In this document: piece by piece, positions 36,338 through 47,675 of the stretch
Layout: every line of letters starts with the position of its first letter
Numbering within the stretch: position 1 is the stretch's first letter
Assembly (NCBI GenBank): GCA_964523885.1
Contig: CAZFYX010000085.1
Coordinates: forward strand, 117,736-181,735
Direction: 5' to 3'
From: an uncultured Burkholderiales bacterium
Lineage (GTDB): Bacteria; Pseudomonadota; Gammaproteobacteria; Burkholderiales; SHXO01
Length of the DNA: 64,000 bases
Translations under genes and position numbers: made by a program
The notes under the pieces: generated by a model
What the model was told of the DNA's origin: nothing
The model's input: the letters and a program-made list of their open reading frames with translations, nothing else
Databases searched by the model: none

Positions 36338-36351
36338 GGGAACTTTAGCCG
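36338..36351 (+). repeat. Copy 1 of the exact 14-bp motif GGGAACTTTAGCCG
   Basis: Identical 14-mer at 54927-54940. The 9-bp core AACTTTAGC also occurs at 28557-28565. All three lie in 5' intergenic regions. Confidence 0.5.
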
Positions 36352-36480
36352 TCGCAACGGGAATCGCGCGCCAGCGCGGGCCGGTGCGGCAGCGATTGTG
36401 CCTCATCCGCCGATCCACTAGCATGGCGGCCGCGCGGGATCTCGCAGCACCGGCACCCGCACTCACCCGAGGAGCGTGCA

Positions 36481-37692
36481 TTGCCGCCCGCCAGCGCCAC
36501 CCAGACCGACATCGCCACCCAGCGCCGCAACATCGCCGTCCTCGCCGCCTGCCAGGCGCTGCTGCTCGCCAACACCTCGGCGCTCGTGGCCCTGAGCGGC
36601 GTCGCCGGATACGAGCTGGCGCAGAACAAGTCGCTCGCCACGCTGCCGGTGACCGGCTGGGTGGTCGGCGGTGCGGCGACCACCATGCTCGCCTCGCAGC
36701 TGATGCAGCGCATCGGCCGGCGCGGCGGGTTCACCGTCGGCGCCCTCATCGGGATCGTGGGTGCGCTGGTCTGCGTGACCGCCCTCGCACTGCACAGCTT
36801 CTGGCTGCTGTGCCTCGGCTCGCTGGTGTTCGGGTCGTACAACGCCTTCGGACAGTACTACCGCTTCGCCGCCGCCGACGCCGCAACGCCCGAATTCCGC
36901 GCCCGCGCGATCTCGTACGTGATGGCCGGCGGACTGGTCGGCGGCATCGTGGGGCCAGCCACGAGCCGGGTGACGGCACACCTGCTGCCTGCGCCCTATC
37001 TCGCCGCGTACATCGCGCTGATCGGCTTCATGGTGGTCGTGCTGGGACTGCTGCGCTGGCTCGACATCCCCCCGCCGGGAGCAGAAGCCGCGGCAGAGCC
37101 CGCACGCCCCCTCGCGGAAATCGCGCTGCAACCCGCCTTCCTGGTGGCGGTGTCCGCCTCCGCGCTCGCCTATGGAACCATGAATCTCCTCATGACCGCC
37201 ACGCCGCTGGCCATGAGCCTGTGCGGGCATCCCTACGGTGCGGCGACCGGGGTGATCTCCGCGCACGTCATCGGGATGTTCGGGCCGTCCTTCTTCACCG
37301 GCAACCTGATCCGCCGCTTCGGCGTGCTCACGGTGATGCTCTCCGGCGTGGCGATCTACCTGCTCTGCATCGCCATCGCCCTGGCCGGCGTGGGCGTGGC
37401 CCACTTCTGGTGGGCGCTGCTGCTGCTGGGCGTGGGCTGGAACTTCGTGTTCATCGGCGCCACCACGCTGCTCACCGAGACCTACCGCACCTCGGAGAAG
37501 GCGCGCGTGCAGGGCCTCAACGACTCGCTGATCTTCCTCACGATGGCAGGTTCGTCCCTGTCGTCGGGCATGATTCTCCAGCGCAACGGCTGGCAGGTGC
37601 TGAACCAGCTGGCCATCCCGTTCGTGCTGGCCATCGGGCTAGGGGTGGGATGGCTCGCGCTGCAACGTCGGCGCGTCGTGCCGGCGACCTGA
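36481..37692 (+). CDS. MFS transporter
   Basis: 12 predicted TM helices. GAGGAG lies 6 nt upstream of the TTG at 36481. MQRIGRRGGF is an MFS loop 2-3 motif. Confidence 0.8.
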   Translation: MPPASATQTDIATQRRNIAVLAACQALLLANTSALVALSGVAGYELAQNKSLATLPVTGWVVGGAATTMLASQLMQRIGRRGGFTVGALIGIVGALVCVTALALHSFWLLCLGSLVFGSYNAFGQYYRFAAADAATPEFRARAISYVMAGGLVGGIVGPATSRVTAHLLPAPYLAAYIALIGFMVVVLGLLRWLDIPPPGAEAAAEPARPLAEIALQPAFLVAVSASALAYGTMNLLMTATPLAMSLCGHPYGAATGVISAHVIGMFGPSFFTGNLIRRFGVLTVMLSGVAIYLLCIAIALAGVGVAHFWWALLLLGVGWNFVFIGATTLLTETYRTSEKARVQGLNDSLIFLTMAGSSLSSGMILQRNGWQVLNQLAIPFVLAIGLGVGWLALQRRRVVPAT

Positions 37693-37757
37693 GCGCGGCG
37701 CTCCAGCTTATCACCGGTCCGGCCCGCGGCCGCACCGTGGGATCCGGGGGCGCCCTC

Positions 37758-39087
<1,330 letters not shown>

Positions 39088-39106
39088 CCCGCCAGGACCT
39101 GGGCCC

Positions 39107-39481
39107 GTGACGACCCACGACTCACGAGTCACGAATCATGCGCTGCGCATCGCCCACTGGATGGCGATCGCCGCGCTGATCGCGCTCGCATTCCTGTGCG
39201 TGCTGTGGGAGTCGGTGCTGGCGCCGATCCGCCCCGGGGGCTCGTTCCTGATGCTCAAGGCGCTGCCCCTGCTCGCCCCGCTGTTCGGGCTGCTGCGCGA
39301 GAAGGTGATCGCCTACAAGTGGACCGTTCTGCTCACCCTGCCCTACTTCATGGAGGGCATCGTGCGCGCGTGGTCGGACAAGGGCCTGTCGCAGGCCCTG
39401 GCTGGCGGCGAGATCGCACTCTCGCTCGTGCTGTTCACCGCGTGTGCGCTCTACGTCCGGCTGCCGCGGGCGGGCGCTTGA
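39107..39481 (+). CDS. DUF2069-like small membrane protein
   Basis: Four TM helices; IALAFLCVLWESVLAPIRPGGS is typical. A GTG at 39107 is assumed as the start. The first 30 nt coincide with a heptamer repeat, and the ATG at 39161 is an alternative start. Confidence 0.65.
   Translation: MTTHDSRVTNHALRIAHWMAIAALIALAFLCVLWESVLAPIRPGGSFLMLKALPLLAPLFGLLREKVIAYKWTVLLTLPYFMEGIVRAWSDKGLSQALAGGEIALSLVLFTACALYVRLPRAGA
39116..39136 (+). repeat. Three tandem heptamers, CACGACT CACGAGT CACGAAT
   Basis: Read directly from the sequence. This is the same heptamer family, in reverse complement, as the arms of the hairpin at 22831-22861. Confidence 0.6.
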
Positions 39482-40407
39482 GCGCGCCCCGGTACCGAGG
39501 CCGGTTCGCACCGACACCGTCGGGCGCCCTGCACTTCGGCTCGATCGTCGCCGCACTCGGCAGCTTCCTCGAGGCGCGCACCCACGCCGGCGAGTGGCAG
39601 GTGCGCATCGACGACCTCGATCCGCCGCGCGTGGTGCCCGGGGCGGCGGACGAGATCCTGCGCTGCCTGGACAGCCTGGGCTTCGAATGGGATGGCGAGG
39701 TGGTCTGGCAGAGCCGGCGCAGCGCCGCCTACTCGGCGGCATTCCAGCGCCTGCGCAGCGAGGGTCTGGTCTACCCCTGTGCCTGCAGCCGCAAGGGGAT
39801 CGCAGCACAGGCCCGCGACGGAATCGACGGCCCGATCTATCCGGGCACCTGCCGCGCGGGCATGCCGCAGGGGCAGGCAGTGCGCTCATGGCGCATTCGC
39901 ACCCTCGGTGCACGCGTTTGCTTCGATGATGCGGTGCTCGGTCCGCAGGTGTACGACGTGGAGCACGAGTCGGGCGACTTCGCCCTCCTGCGCGCCGACG
40001 GCGTGTATGCGTTCCACCTCGCCGCGGCAGTGGACGATGCGCAGTACGGCATGACGCACGTGGTGCGCGGGGCGGACCTGCTGGAGTCCAGCGCCCGGCA
40101 GATCTGGCTGCTGGGCGTGCTGGGGCTGCACGTACCACAGTACGCGCACCTGCCGATCGCAGCGGATGCGCAGGGCCAGAAGCTGTCGAAGCAGACCCAC
40201 GCCGCGCCGGTGGATGCGGCCCACCCGGTCGATGTGCTGTGGCGCGCACTGGCGTTCCTCGGCCAGGCGCCGCCGGGATCCCTGCGCAGCGCAAGTCGAA
40301 CGGAACTCTGGACCTGGGCGCGCGCAAACTGGCAGCTGACGCGGGTCCCGCGTCAGCGCCAGCTGCCTGTTCCCGCTGCCCCTTGGCGTCTAGCGCCCGG
40401 GGCCTGA
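39478..40407 (+). CDS. gluQ: Glutamyl-Q tRNA(Asp) synthetase
   Basis: YRGRFAPTPSGALHFGS (HIGH-like), CACSRK..YPGTCR zinc site, KLSKQ. The TTG at 39478 overlaps the previous stop (TTGA). Confidence 0.85.
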   Translation: MSAPRYRGRFAPTPSGALHFGSIVAALGSFLEARTHAGEWQVRIDDLDPPRVVPGAADEILRCLDSLGFEWDGEVVWQSRRSAAYSAAFQRLRSEGLVYPCACSRKGIAAQARDGIDGPIYPGTCRAGMPQGQAVRSWRIRTLGARVCFDDAVLGPQVYDVEHESGDFALLRADGVYAFHLAAAVDDAQYGMTHVVRGADLLESSARQIWLLGVLGLHVPQYAHLPIAADAQGQKLSKQTHAAPVDAAHPVDVLWRALAFLGQAPPGSLRSASRTELWTWARANWQLTRVPRQRQLPVPAAPWRLAPGA

Positions 40408-40416
40408 CGCCTCAGC

Positions 40417-40755
40417 TCAGTGACTGATCATCCACGGCCGCTTGGTCGGGAAGCTCTTCTTCCCGTCCGGCGCGACCGCAGTGGCCTTGCTCACGCCGCT
40501 GCCGCAGCCGCAGCCGGGACCGTGCTTGTGCCCGAGCTGGGCCGATGACCTCGGCTCGTGCCGCGCCCGCTCGTTGATCGCGTGTGCCTTGCGATCGGCG
40601 GCGGGCATGCCGGCGTAAGCGGGCGCGGACAGCAGCGCCCGTTGCGCCTCGCCGCCGCAGTCGGGGCACGGATGCGGCCGCGACGACTGCGACATCGGCC
40701 GCAGGGCGGTGAAGTCGCTGCCGCAGCCGTCGCACAGATACTCGTAGACCGGCAT
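40417..40755 (-). CDS. fmdB: FmdB-family zinc-ribbon protein
   Basis: MPVYEYLCDGCGSDF...HPCPDCGG is the CxxC..CxxC FmdB signature. It lies downstream of the formamidase gene. Confidence 0.8.
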   Translation of the reverse strand: MPVYEYLCDGCGSDFTALRPMSQSSRPHPCPDCGGEAQRALLSAPAYAGMPAADRKAHAINERARHEPRSSAQLGHKHGPGCGCGSGVSKATAVAPDGKKSFPTKRPWMISH

Positions 40756-40912
40756 GGCCCTTCTCCCTATCATGATGTTGAAATATGCGATCGCCACCTG
40801 CGTACCCGGTAGTTGAACCAATGTCGGGTTCCGCCCAATCCATCACTTGCTGCGCGGGTGCGCCACCGATGAAGCCTGGAGGCGCGCCGCGAAGCAGTTC
40901 TTCAACAGCCTG

Positions 40913-42142
40913 CTACTTGTCCGGCGACATCGGGATGTCGACCCCGCCCTTGATCGCCTTGACCGGACCGGCGGCGCTCGGGTTGATGTCGAACTCGAAG
41001 ATCCCGGTGGGCAGCCACAGCGTCGCGCACGCGTTGGGGATGTCCACCACACCGCTGATGTGGCCCTGCACGGGGGCCGTCCCGAGGATGGCGTAGGCCT
41101 GCGCCTTGGAGTACCCGAACTTGGTCATGTACTCGATCGCGTTCAGGCACGCCTGGCGGTAGGCGACGTGCACGTCGAGGTAGTGCTGCTTGCCCCACTC
41201 GTCGACCGAGATGCCCTCGAAGATCAGGTAGTCGTTGTAGGTCGGCGTGATCGGGCTGGGCTTGAAGATCGGGTTCTTGATCCCGTACTTGGCCATGCCG
41301 CCCTTGATCAGGCTGACCTTCATGTGCACCCAGCCGGCCATCTCGATCGCGCCGCAGAACGTGATTTCGCCGTCACCCTGGCTGAAATGCAGGTCGCCCA
41401 CCGACAGGCCCGCACCGTCGACGTAGACCGGAAAGAAGATCTTGGAGCCGCGCGACAGGTCCTTGATGTCGCAGTTGCCGCCGTGCTCGCGCGGCGGCAC
41501 GGTGCGCGCACCTTCCGCGGCGATCTTCGCCTTGGTCTCGCCGGTCGCCTTGCCCGCATGCGCGGTCTTGGGGAAGGGCGGGTTGGCCAGCGGCGGCACG
41601 CGCGTGGGATTGGTCGCGATGAAGTCCACTTCGCGCTCGTTCCACATCTCCAGCATCTTGCGGTCGGGCAGGCAGCCGATCAGGCCGGGGTGGATGAGGC
41701 CGGCGAACTTCACGCCCGGCACGTGGCGCGAATGCGTGTACAGGCCGCTGATGTCCCAGATCGACTTCTGTGCCAGCGGGAAGTGGTCGGTCAGGAAGCC
41801 GCCGCCGTTCTGCTTCGAGAAGAAGCCGTTGAAGCCCCACAGGCTGTCGGGCTTGGCGCCCACGTCGAGCAGATCCACCACCAGCAGGTCGCCGGGCTGC
41901 GCACCCTTCACGCCCACCGGGCCGGACAGGAAGTGCACGGTGGACAGGTCGACGTCGCGAACGTCATCAGCGCTGTCGTTGTTCTTGATGTAGCCGCCGG
42001 TCCAGTCGTAGGTCTCGAGGACGAAATCGTCGCCCGGGTTGACCCAGCAGGCCATCGGGATGTCCGGGTGCCAGCGGTTGTGGATCATCTCGTTGTTGTA
42101 CGGGGATCCGTTGAGGTCTACTTTGATCAGGGTCTCCGGCAT
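40913..42142 (-). CDS. fmdA: Formamidase (acetamidase/formamidase family)
   Basis: 409 aa. IHNRWHPDIP...ETYDWTGG...FLSGPVGVKGAQPGDLLVVDL is the full-length FmdA pattern. AAGGAG RBS. Confidence 0.9.
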   Translation of the reverse strand: MPETLIKVDLNGSPYNNEMIHNRWHPDIPMACWVNPGDDFVLETYDWTGGYIKNNDSADDVRDVDLSTVHFLSGPVGVKGAQPGDLLVVDLLDVGAKPDSLWGFNGFFSKQNGGGFLTDHFPLAQKSIWDISGLYTHSRHVPGVKFAGLIHPGLIGCLPDRKMLEMWNEREVDFIATNPTRVPPLANPPFPKTAHAGKATGETKAKIAAEGARTVPPREHGGNCDIKDLSRGSKIFFPVYVDGAGLSVGDLHFSQGDGEITFCGAIEMAGWVHMKVSLIKGGMAKYGIKNPIFKPSPITPTYNDYLIFEGISVDEWGKQHYLDVHVAYRQACLNAIEYMTKFGYSKAQAYAILGTAPVQGHISGVVDIPNACATLWLPTGIFEFDINPSAAGPVKAIKGGVDIPMSPDK

Positions 42143-42173
42143 GGGGCGCTCCTTCGGTGTGGTGGTTCAATAA

Positions 42174-42215
42174 CCCCCTCTCCCTCGAGGGGAGAGGGCG
42201 GGGGTGAGGGTGAGG
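42174..42215. repeat. REP-like element, family A
   Basis: CCCCCTCTCCCTCGAGGGGAGAGGG palindrome followed by CGGGGGTGAGGGTGAGG. Confidence 0.75.
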
Positions 42216-42250
42216 CGGTACACGGACGGCGGGACAGGGGCGAACGCGGG

Positions 42251-42291
42251 CTTACCCCTCAGCCCGGCCTTCTCCCGCGAGGGGAGAGGGG
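42251..42291. repeat. REP-like element, family A, inverted orientation
   Basis: CTTACCCCTCAGCCCGGCCTTCTCCCGCGAGGGGAGAGGGG. Confidence 0.7.
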
Positions 42292-42321
42292 CAACTGCGC
42301 GAGTGGTGCGAGCGCGCGGCG

Positions 42322-43011
42322 TCACACGGACAGGTACTGCTTGACGCGGTCGGCGTCGATGTTGGCGCGCGCGGACTCGTGCACCAGCCGGCCACCCTCG
42401 ATGACGAACAGGCGGTCGGCGACGTCCAGGGCGAACGAGAGCACCTGCTCCGACACGATGATCGTGATCTTGCGCAGCTTGCGGATCTCGTTCAGCGCCT
42501 TGGCGATGTCCTTGATGATGGAAGGCTGGATCCCCTCGGTGGGCTCGTCGAGCAGCAGCACCTTGGGGTTGGTGACCAGCGCCCGCGCAATGGCCAGCTG
42601 CTGCTGCTGTCCGCCGGAGAGGTTCCCGCCGCGGAGCTTGCGCATGTCGAACAGCACCGGGAACAGGGCGTAGATGTCCTCCGGAATGGTCCGATCCTTC
42701 GCGTTCTCCAGGCCGGTCTTGATGTTCTCCTCCACCGTGAGCGTGGGGAAGATCATGCGCCCCTGGGGCACGTAGCCGATGCCCTTGGCCACGCGCAGGT
42801 AGCTCTCGTCCTTCGAGACGTCCACGCCGTCCACCTGCACCTGGCCGGCCTTCAGCGGCAGCACGCCCATCAGCGCCTTGAACAGCGTGGTCTTGCCCAT
42901 GCCGTTGCGGCCCATGATGGCGACGGTCTCGTTCCTGTCGGCAGAGAAGCTGATGCCATGGATGGCCTGGCTCTGGCCGTAGCTCACGAACAGGTCGTTT
43001 ACGTTCAGCAT
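42322..43011 (-). CDS. urtE: Urea/short-chain amide ABC transporter ATP-binding protein UrtE
   Basis: 229 aa; GRNGMGKTT Walker A, LSGGQQQQLAIARAL signature. Confidence 0.9.
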   Translation of the reverse strand: MLNVNDLFVSYGQSQAIHGISFSADRNETVAIMGRNGMGKTTLFKALMGVLPLKAGQVQVDGVDVSKDESYLRVAKGIGYVPQGRMIFPTLTVEENIKTGLENAKDRTIPEDIYALFPVLFDMRKLRGGNLSGGQQQQLAIARALVTNPKVLLLDEPTEGIQPSIIKDIAKALNEIRKLRKITIIVSEQVLSFALDVADRLFVIEGGRLVHESARANIDADRVKQYLSV

Positions 43012-43024
43012 GTGGTTCTCCGGC

Positions 43025-43771
<747 letters not shown>

Positions 43772-43798
43772 CCATGTGCTCCCGGGTTGGATTGATCG

Positions 43799-45010
43799 TC
43801 AGGCGACCGCGCCGCCCACTTCGCCCGCCGCGCCCGCTTCCTTGGTCGCGGCGCTCTTCGCGGCCCCGAGACGCGCGGCGGAGTCGGGCGTGGCGGCCGG
43901 CGGCGTGGCCGGCGGCACTGCCGGCGCAGGCGCAGGCTTCTTCTTCAGCCACGGCTTCACGTGGCTCTCGTACAGCCCGGCCAGGCCGTTGGGGAAGGCC
44001 AGCGTGACGCCGATGAACAGGGCCGCCATCAGGAACAGCCACAGCTCCGGGAACGTCTCCGAGAAGTAGGTCTTGCCGAAGTTCACCAGCAGGGCGCCGT
44101 AGACCGCGCCGACCAGCGACAGGCGCCCGCCGACCGCGGCGAAGATCACCATCTCGATCGAGGGCACGATCCCGACGAAGGAGGGCGACATGAAGCCGAC
44201 CTGCAGCGCGAACATCGCGCCGCCGATCCCGCACAGCATCGCCGCCAGGCAGAACACGAAGATCTTGAAGTTGGCCACGTCGTAGCCGGAGAACCGCACC
44301 CGGTCCTCCTTGTCGCGCATGGCCAGCAGCAGCGTGCCCAGCTTGCTCTTCTGGATCGCGCGGCACACGAAGATGGCCGCGAACAGCAGGCCGGCGTTGA
44401 CGTAGTAGAGGATGTACCTGGCCGAGTCGGTGCGGATGTCCCAGCCCAGCAGGGTCTTCAGGTCGGTGATCCCGTTGACCCCGCCGGTGTAACCCTGGCG
44501 CCCGATGATGAGCACGGTGAGGATCAGGGCCACGGCCTGCGTGATGATCGCGAAGTAGACGCCGCCCACGCGCCGCTTGAACATGGCGAAGCCGATGATG
44601 AACGCGAGGATCGTCGGCACCAGCAGCACCGCGAGCAGCGCGAACGGCAGGTGCTTGAACGGCTCCCACCAGAACGGCAGCTCGGTGAGCTGGTTCCAGT
44701 CCATGAAGTCGGGGATGCCCGGCGTGGACTGGATCTTGGTGCTCTCCGGGTCGGACGCCTCGAGCTTGAGGAACATCGCCATGCAGTAGCCGCCGAGGCC
44801 GAAGAACACGCCCTGCCCCAGGCTCAGGATGCCGCCGTAGCCCCACAGCATGACCAGGCCGACAGCCACGAACGCGTAGGTGAGGTACTTACCGATCAGG
44901 TTGAGGCGGAAGATGTCGGCCGTGAGCGGCATCACCGCGAGGACGACCACGGCGAGGATGAGGATGCCCGCGAGGTCGGACGAGGCGAGCCAGTTGCGAA
45001 GCTTCTGCAT
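43799..45010 (-). CDS. urtC: Urea/short-chain amide ABC transporter permease UrtC, with an Ala/Pro-rich C-terminal tail
   Basis: LivM-type permease. AGGAG lies before the ATG at 45010. The last ~50 aa (KKKPAPAPAVPPATPPAATPDSAARLG...) are low-complexity. Confidence 0.85.
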   Translation of the reverse strand: MQKLRNWLASSDLAGILILAVVVLAVMPLTADIFRLNLIGKYLTYAFVAVGLVMLWGYGGILSLGQGVFFGLGGYCMAMFLKLEASDPESTKIQSTPGIPDFMDWNQLTELPFWWEPFKHLPFALLAVLLVPTILAFIIGFAMFKRRVGGVYFAIITQAVALILTVLIIGRQGYTGGVNGITDLKTLLGWDIRTDSARYILYYVNAGLLFAAIFVCRAIQKSKLGTLLLAMRDKEDRVRFSGYDVANFKIFVFCLAAMLCGIGGAMFALQVGFMSPSFVGIVPSIEMVIFAAVGGRLSLVGAVYGALLVNFGKTYFSETFPELWLFLMAALFIGVTLAFPNGLAGLYESHVKPWLKKKPAPAPAVPPATPPAATPDSAARLGAAKSAATKEAGAAGEVGGAVA

Positions 45011-45043
45011 GCGGTACTCCTGGTTGCGAACTGCCTTGACTGC

Positions 45044-45092
45044 GTTACCCCTCACCCCCGCCCTCTCCCGCAAGGGGAGAGGGGTAACGGGG
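45044..45092. repeat. REP-like element, family A (nested perfect palindromes)
   Basis: GTTACCCCTC (45044-45053) pairs with GAGGGGTAAC (45079-45088). The inner palindrome is CCCTCTCCC-GCAA-GGGGAGAGG. Confidence 0.8.
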
Positions 45093-45101
45093 GGCGTCCG
45101 A

Positions 45102-46016
45102 TCAACGCCGCACCTTCAGGGCGAACAGGCCCTGCGGCCGGATCATCAGGATCCCCACGATTGCGAGCAGCGTGACCACCTTCGCCATCGAGCCGGTGAG
45201 GAAGAATTCGGTGATCGACTGGGTCTGGGCGATGCCGAACGCGGAGGCCACGGTGCCCAGCAGGCTGGCCGCGCCGCCGAAGGTGACCACCAGGAACGCA
45301 TCCACGATGTAGAGCGAGCCGCTGGTCGGGCCGGTCGAGCCGATCGTGGTGAACGCGGCGCCGGCGACTCCGGCGATGCCGCAGCCGATGGCGAAGGTCA
45401 TGCGGTCGGTCTTGCGGGTGTTGATGCCGATCGCGTTGGCCATGGTGCGGTTGGCCACCGTGGCGCGCACCCGCAGCCCCCAGCGCGAGCGGAACAGCAG
45501 CAGGAACACCAGGCCGGTGACCAGCAGCGTGAGGGCCATGACGAACAGGCCGTTGATCGGAATGTCCAGGCCCTCCTTCGGCGCCCACGATCCGAGCAGC
45601 CAGTCGGGCAGCGTCGGGCTCACCTCCTTGGCGCCGAAGGTCGAGCGGAACACCTGCTGCATGCCCAGGCTCAGACCCCAGGTCGCGAGCAGGGTGTCGA
45701 GCGGGCGGCGGTAGAGGTGGCGGATCAGCGCCCACTCGGCCAGCCAGCCGGCGCAGAAGGCCAGGATGAAAGCCGCGATGATCGCGACCAGGAAGTAGTA
45801 GGGCATCAGCGCCGGCGCGTAGTTCTGCGTCAGCGTGGAGAGCATGAAGATGGTGTAGGCGCCGATGGTCATGAACTCGCCGTGCGCCATGTTGATGACG
45901 CCCATCTGCCCGAAGATGATCGCCAGCCCCAGCCCCATCAGCAGCAGCACGCTGAACAGGCTCAGGCCGGCGAAGCCCTGCATCACCACGATGTTCCAGA
46001 GATCTGCTGCGCTCAT
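45102..46016 (-). CDS. urtB: Urea/short-chain amide ABC transporter permease UrtB
   Basis: LivH-type permease (GLGLAIIFGQMGVINMAHGEF). The ATG at 46016 has GAGGG 9 nt upstream; the GTG at 46034 is an alternative start. Confidence 0.85.
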   Translation of the reverse strand: MSAADLWNIVVMQGFAGLSLFSVLLLMGLGLAIIFGQMGVINMAHGEFMTIGAYTIFMLSTLTQNYAPALMPYYFLVAIIAAFILAFCAGWLAEWALIRHLYRRPLDTLLATWGLSLGMQQVFRSTFGAKEVSPTLPDWLLGSWAPKEGLDIPINGLFVMALTLLVTGLVFLLLFRSRWGLRVRATVANRTMANAIGINTRKTDRMTFAIGCGIAGVAGAAFTTIGSTGPTSGSLYIVDAFLVVTFGGAASLLGTVASAFGIAQTQSITEFFLTGSMAKVVTLLAIVGILMIRPQGLFALKVRR

Positions 46017-46060
46017 GCGCGTGGGCCCTCGCACTTCTGATTGGAGAAGGGAACCGCGCT

Positions 46061-46139
46061 GACCGCAGAGGACGCAGAGGAACGCAGAGGCACACCGTTC
46101 GTGCTATTCCTCTGCGGCCCTCTGCGTCCTCTGCGGTTC
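46061..46139. repeat. Long intergenic hairpin built from CGCAGAGG(A/C) repeats
   Basis: GACCGCAGAGGACGCAGAGGAACGCAGAGG (46061-46090) pairs with CCTCTGCGGCCCTCTGCGTCCTCTGCGGTTC (46109-46139). The stem is ~29 bp with 2 mismatches and the loop is 18 nt. Confidence 0.8.
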
Positions 46140-46250
46140 ATGCGGCTCATGCAGTTGTCTTTCACCGATCTGCTCGTTGCGGCGCTGCGCCCCGGCGCGC
46201 CGCGCAGCTCCAGGGGTAGGGGGAGCCGCGCGGCGCCGGCGCAACCGGTG

Positions 46251-47513
46251 TTACTGGTAGCCCTTCGGGAACGGATCGGGCGCGATCAGGTTGGGCGACT
46301 CGGCCACCACCTTGAACTGGCCGTCGAGCTGGATCTGCCCGATGCGCGCCTTGCTCCACAGGTGGTGGTTCGGGTCCACCTTCACGTAGCCTTCCGGAGC
46401 GGTCTTCAGCTCGATGCCCGGCGAGGCTTCAGCGATCTTGTCGACGTCGAAGCTGCCGGCCTTCTCCACCGCGGCCTTCCACAGCCACGGGCCGAGGTAG
46501 GCGGCCTGGGTCACGTCGCCGATGACGGATTTCGCCCCGTACTTGGCCTTGAACGCTTCCACGAACTTCTTGTTGTTCGGGTTGTCCAGGCTCTGGAAGT
46601 ACTTCATGCAGGCGTAGAAGCCGGCGCAGTTCTCGCCGCCGATGCCGAGCAGTTCGTCCTCGGTCACCGAGATCGTCAGCAGCAGCTGCTTGTCGGAGGT
46701 GATGCCGGCCGCCTTCATCTGCTTGTAGAAGGCCACGTTGCTGCCACCCACCACGATGGCGTAGATGCAGTCCGGCTTGGCGACCTTGATCTTGTTGATG
46801 AGCGAGTTGAAGTTGGTGTGGCCGAGTGGGTAGTACTCCTCGCCCACCACCTTGCCCAGCTTGCCCACGCGCTCGATGTGGGCGCGCGCGATCTTGTTCG
46901 AGGTGCGCGGCCAGATGTAGTCGGAGCCGATCAGGAAGAAGCTCTTGGCCCCCTTCTCCTTGGCCACCCAGTCCAGGCCCCAGATGATCTGCTGGGTGGC
47001 TTCCTGGCCGGTATAGATGACGTTCTTGGACTGCTCCAGGCCCTCGTAGAAGGTCGGGTAGTACAGCATCCCGTTCTCCTTCTCGAACACCGGCAGCACC
47101 GCCTTGCGCGAGGCCGAGGTCCAGCAGCCGAACACGGCGGCGACGCGGTCGTTCACCAGCAGCTTCTTCGCCTTCTCCGCGAAGGTCGGCCAGTCGCTCG
47201 CGCCGTCCTCCTGGATCACCTTGATCTTGCGGCCGAGGATGCCGCCGGCGGCGTTGATCTGGTCGATGGCGAGACGCTCGGCCTGGATCGATCCGGTCTC
47301 GCTGATCGCCATTGTGCCGGTCGCCGAGTGCAGTTGCCCGACGGTGACCTCGGTGTCGGTCACGGCGAGCTTGGTCGTGTTCACCTTGTCGGTGGGATAG
47401 GTGGCCGACCAGCTCAGCCCGGGCACGGCGAGCAGCGGCAGCGATGCGAGGCCCTGCATGACGCGACGACGGGTCGGGGACTGCAGTTCCGGGCGATCTT
47501 CCTGCGATGACAT
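46251..47513 (-). CDS. urtA: Urea/short-chain amide ABC transporter substrate-binding protein (UrtA/FmdD family)
   Basis: 420 aa. Twin-arginine-like signal (SPTRRRVMQGLASLPLL), then TVGQLHSATGTMAISE...INAAGGILGRKI. AGGAG lies 6 nt before the ATG at 47513. Confidence 0.9.
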   Translation of the reverse strand: MSSQEDRPELQSPTRRRVMQGLASLPLLAVPGLSWSATYPTDKVNTTKLAVTDTEVTVGQLHSATGTMAISETGSIQAERLAIDQINAAGGILGRKIKVIQEDGASDWPTFAEKAKKLLVNDRVAAVFGCWTSASRKAVLPVFEKENGMLYYPTFYEGLEQSKNVIYTGQEATQQIIWGLDWVAKEKGAKSFFLIGSDYIWPRTSNKIARAHIERVGKLGKVVGEEYYPLGHTNFNSLINKIKVAKPDCIYAIVVGGSNVAFYKQMKAAGITSDKQLLLTISVTEDELLGIGGENCAGFYACMKYFQSLDNPNNKKFVEAFKAKYGAKSVIGDVTQAAYLGPWLWKAAVEKAGSFDVDKIAEASPGIELKTAPEGYVKVDPNHHLWSKARIGQIQLDGQFKVVAESPNLIAPDPFPKGYQ

Positions 47514-47620
47514 GTGCATCTCCTGGTGGTGGATGGAAGTCGGGATCAAGCGTGGGGACCGCGATTTCCGGTTCACGTGTTCGACGGGGGCCAGATTGCG
47601 ACTTTCGTTGCACAGCAGCA

Positions 47621-47638
47621 ATACGTCGATTGACGTAC
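47621..47638. promoter_or_regulatory. Candidate response-regulator operator, site 1 (7-2-7 inverted heptamers)
   Basis: aTACGTCG-AT-TGACGTAc; differs from site 2 at two left-arm positions. Confidence 0.5.
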
Positions 47639-47657
47639 CGTTCCCGGGTGCCCGCCC

Positions 47658-47675
47658 GTACGTCAAATGACGTAC
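47658..47675. promoter_or_regulatory. Candidate response-regulator operator, site 2 (perfect 8-2-8 palindrome)
   Basis: GTACGTCA-AA-TGACGTAC. Centres of sites 1 and 2 are 37 bp apart. An extra half-site, TACGTGG, lies at 47711-47717. Confidence 0.55.
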
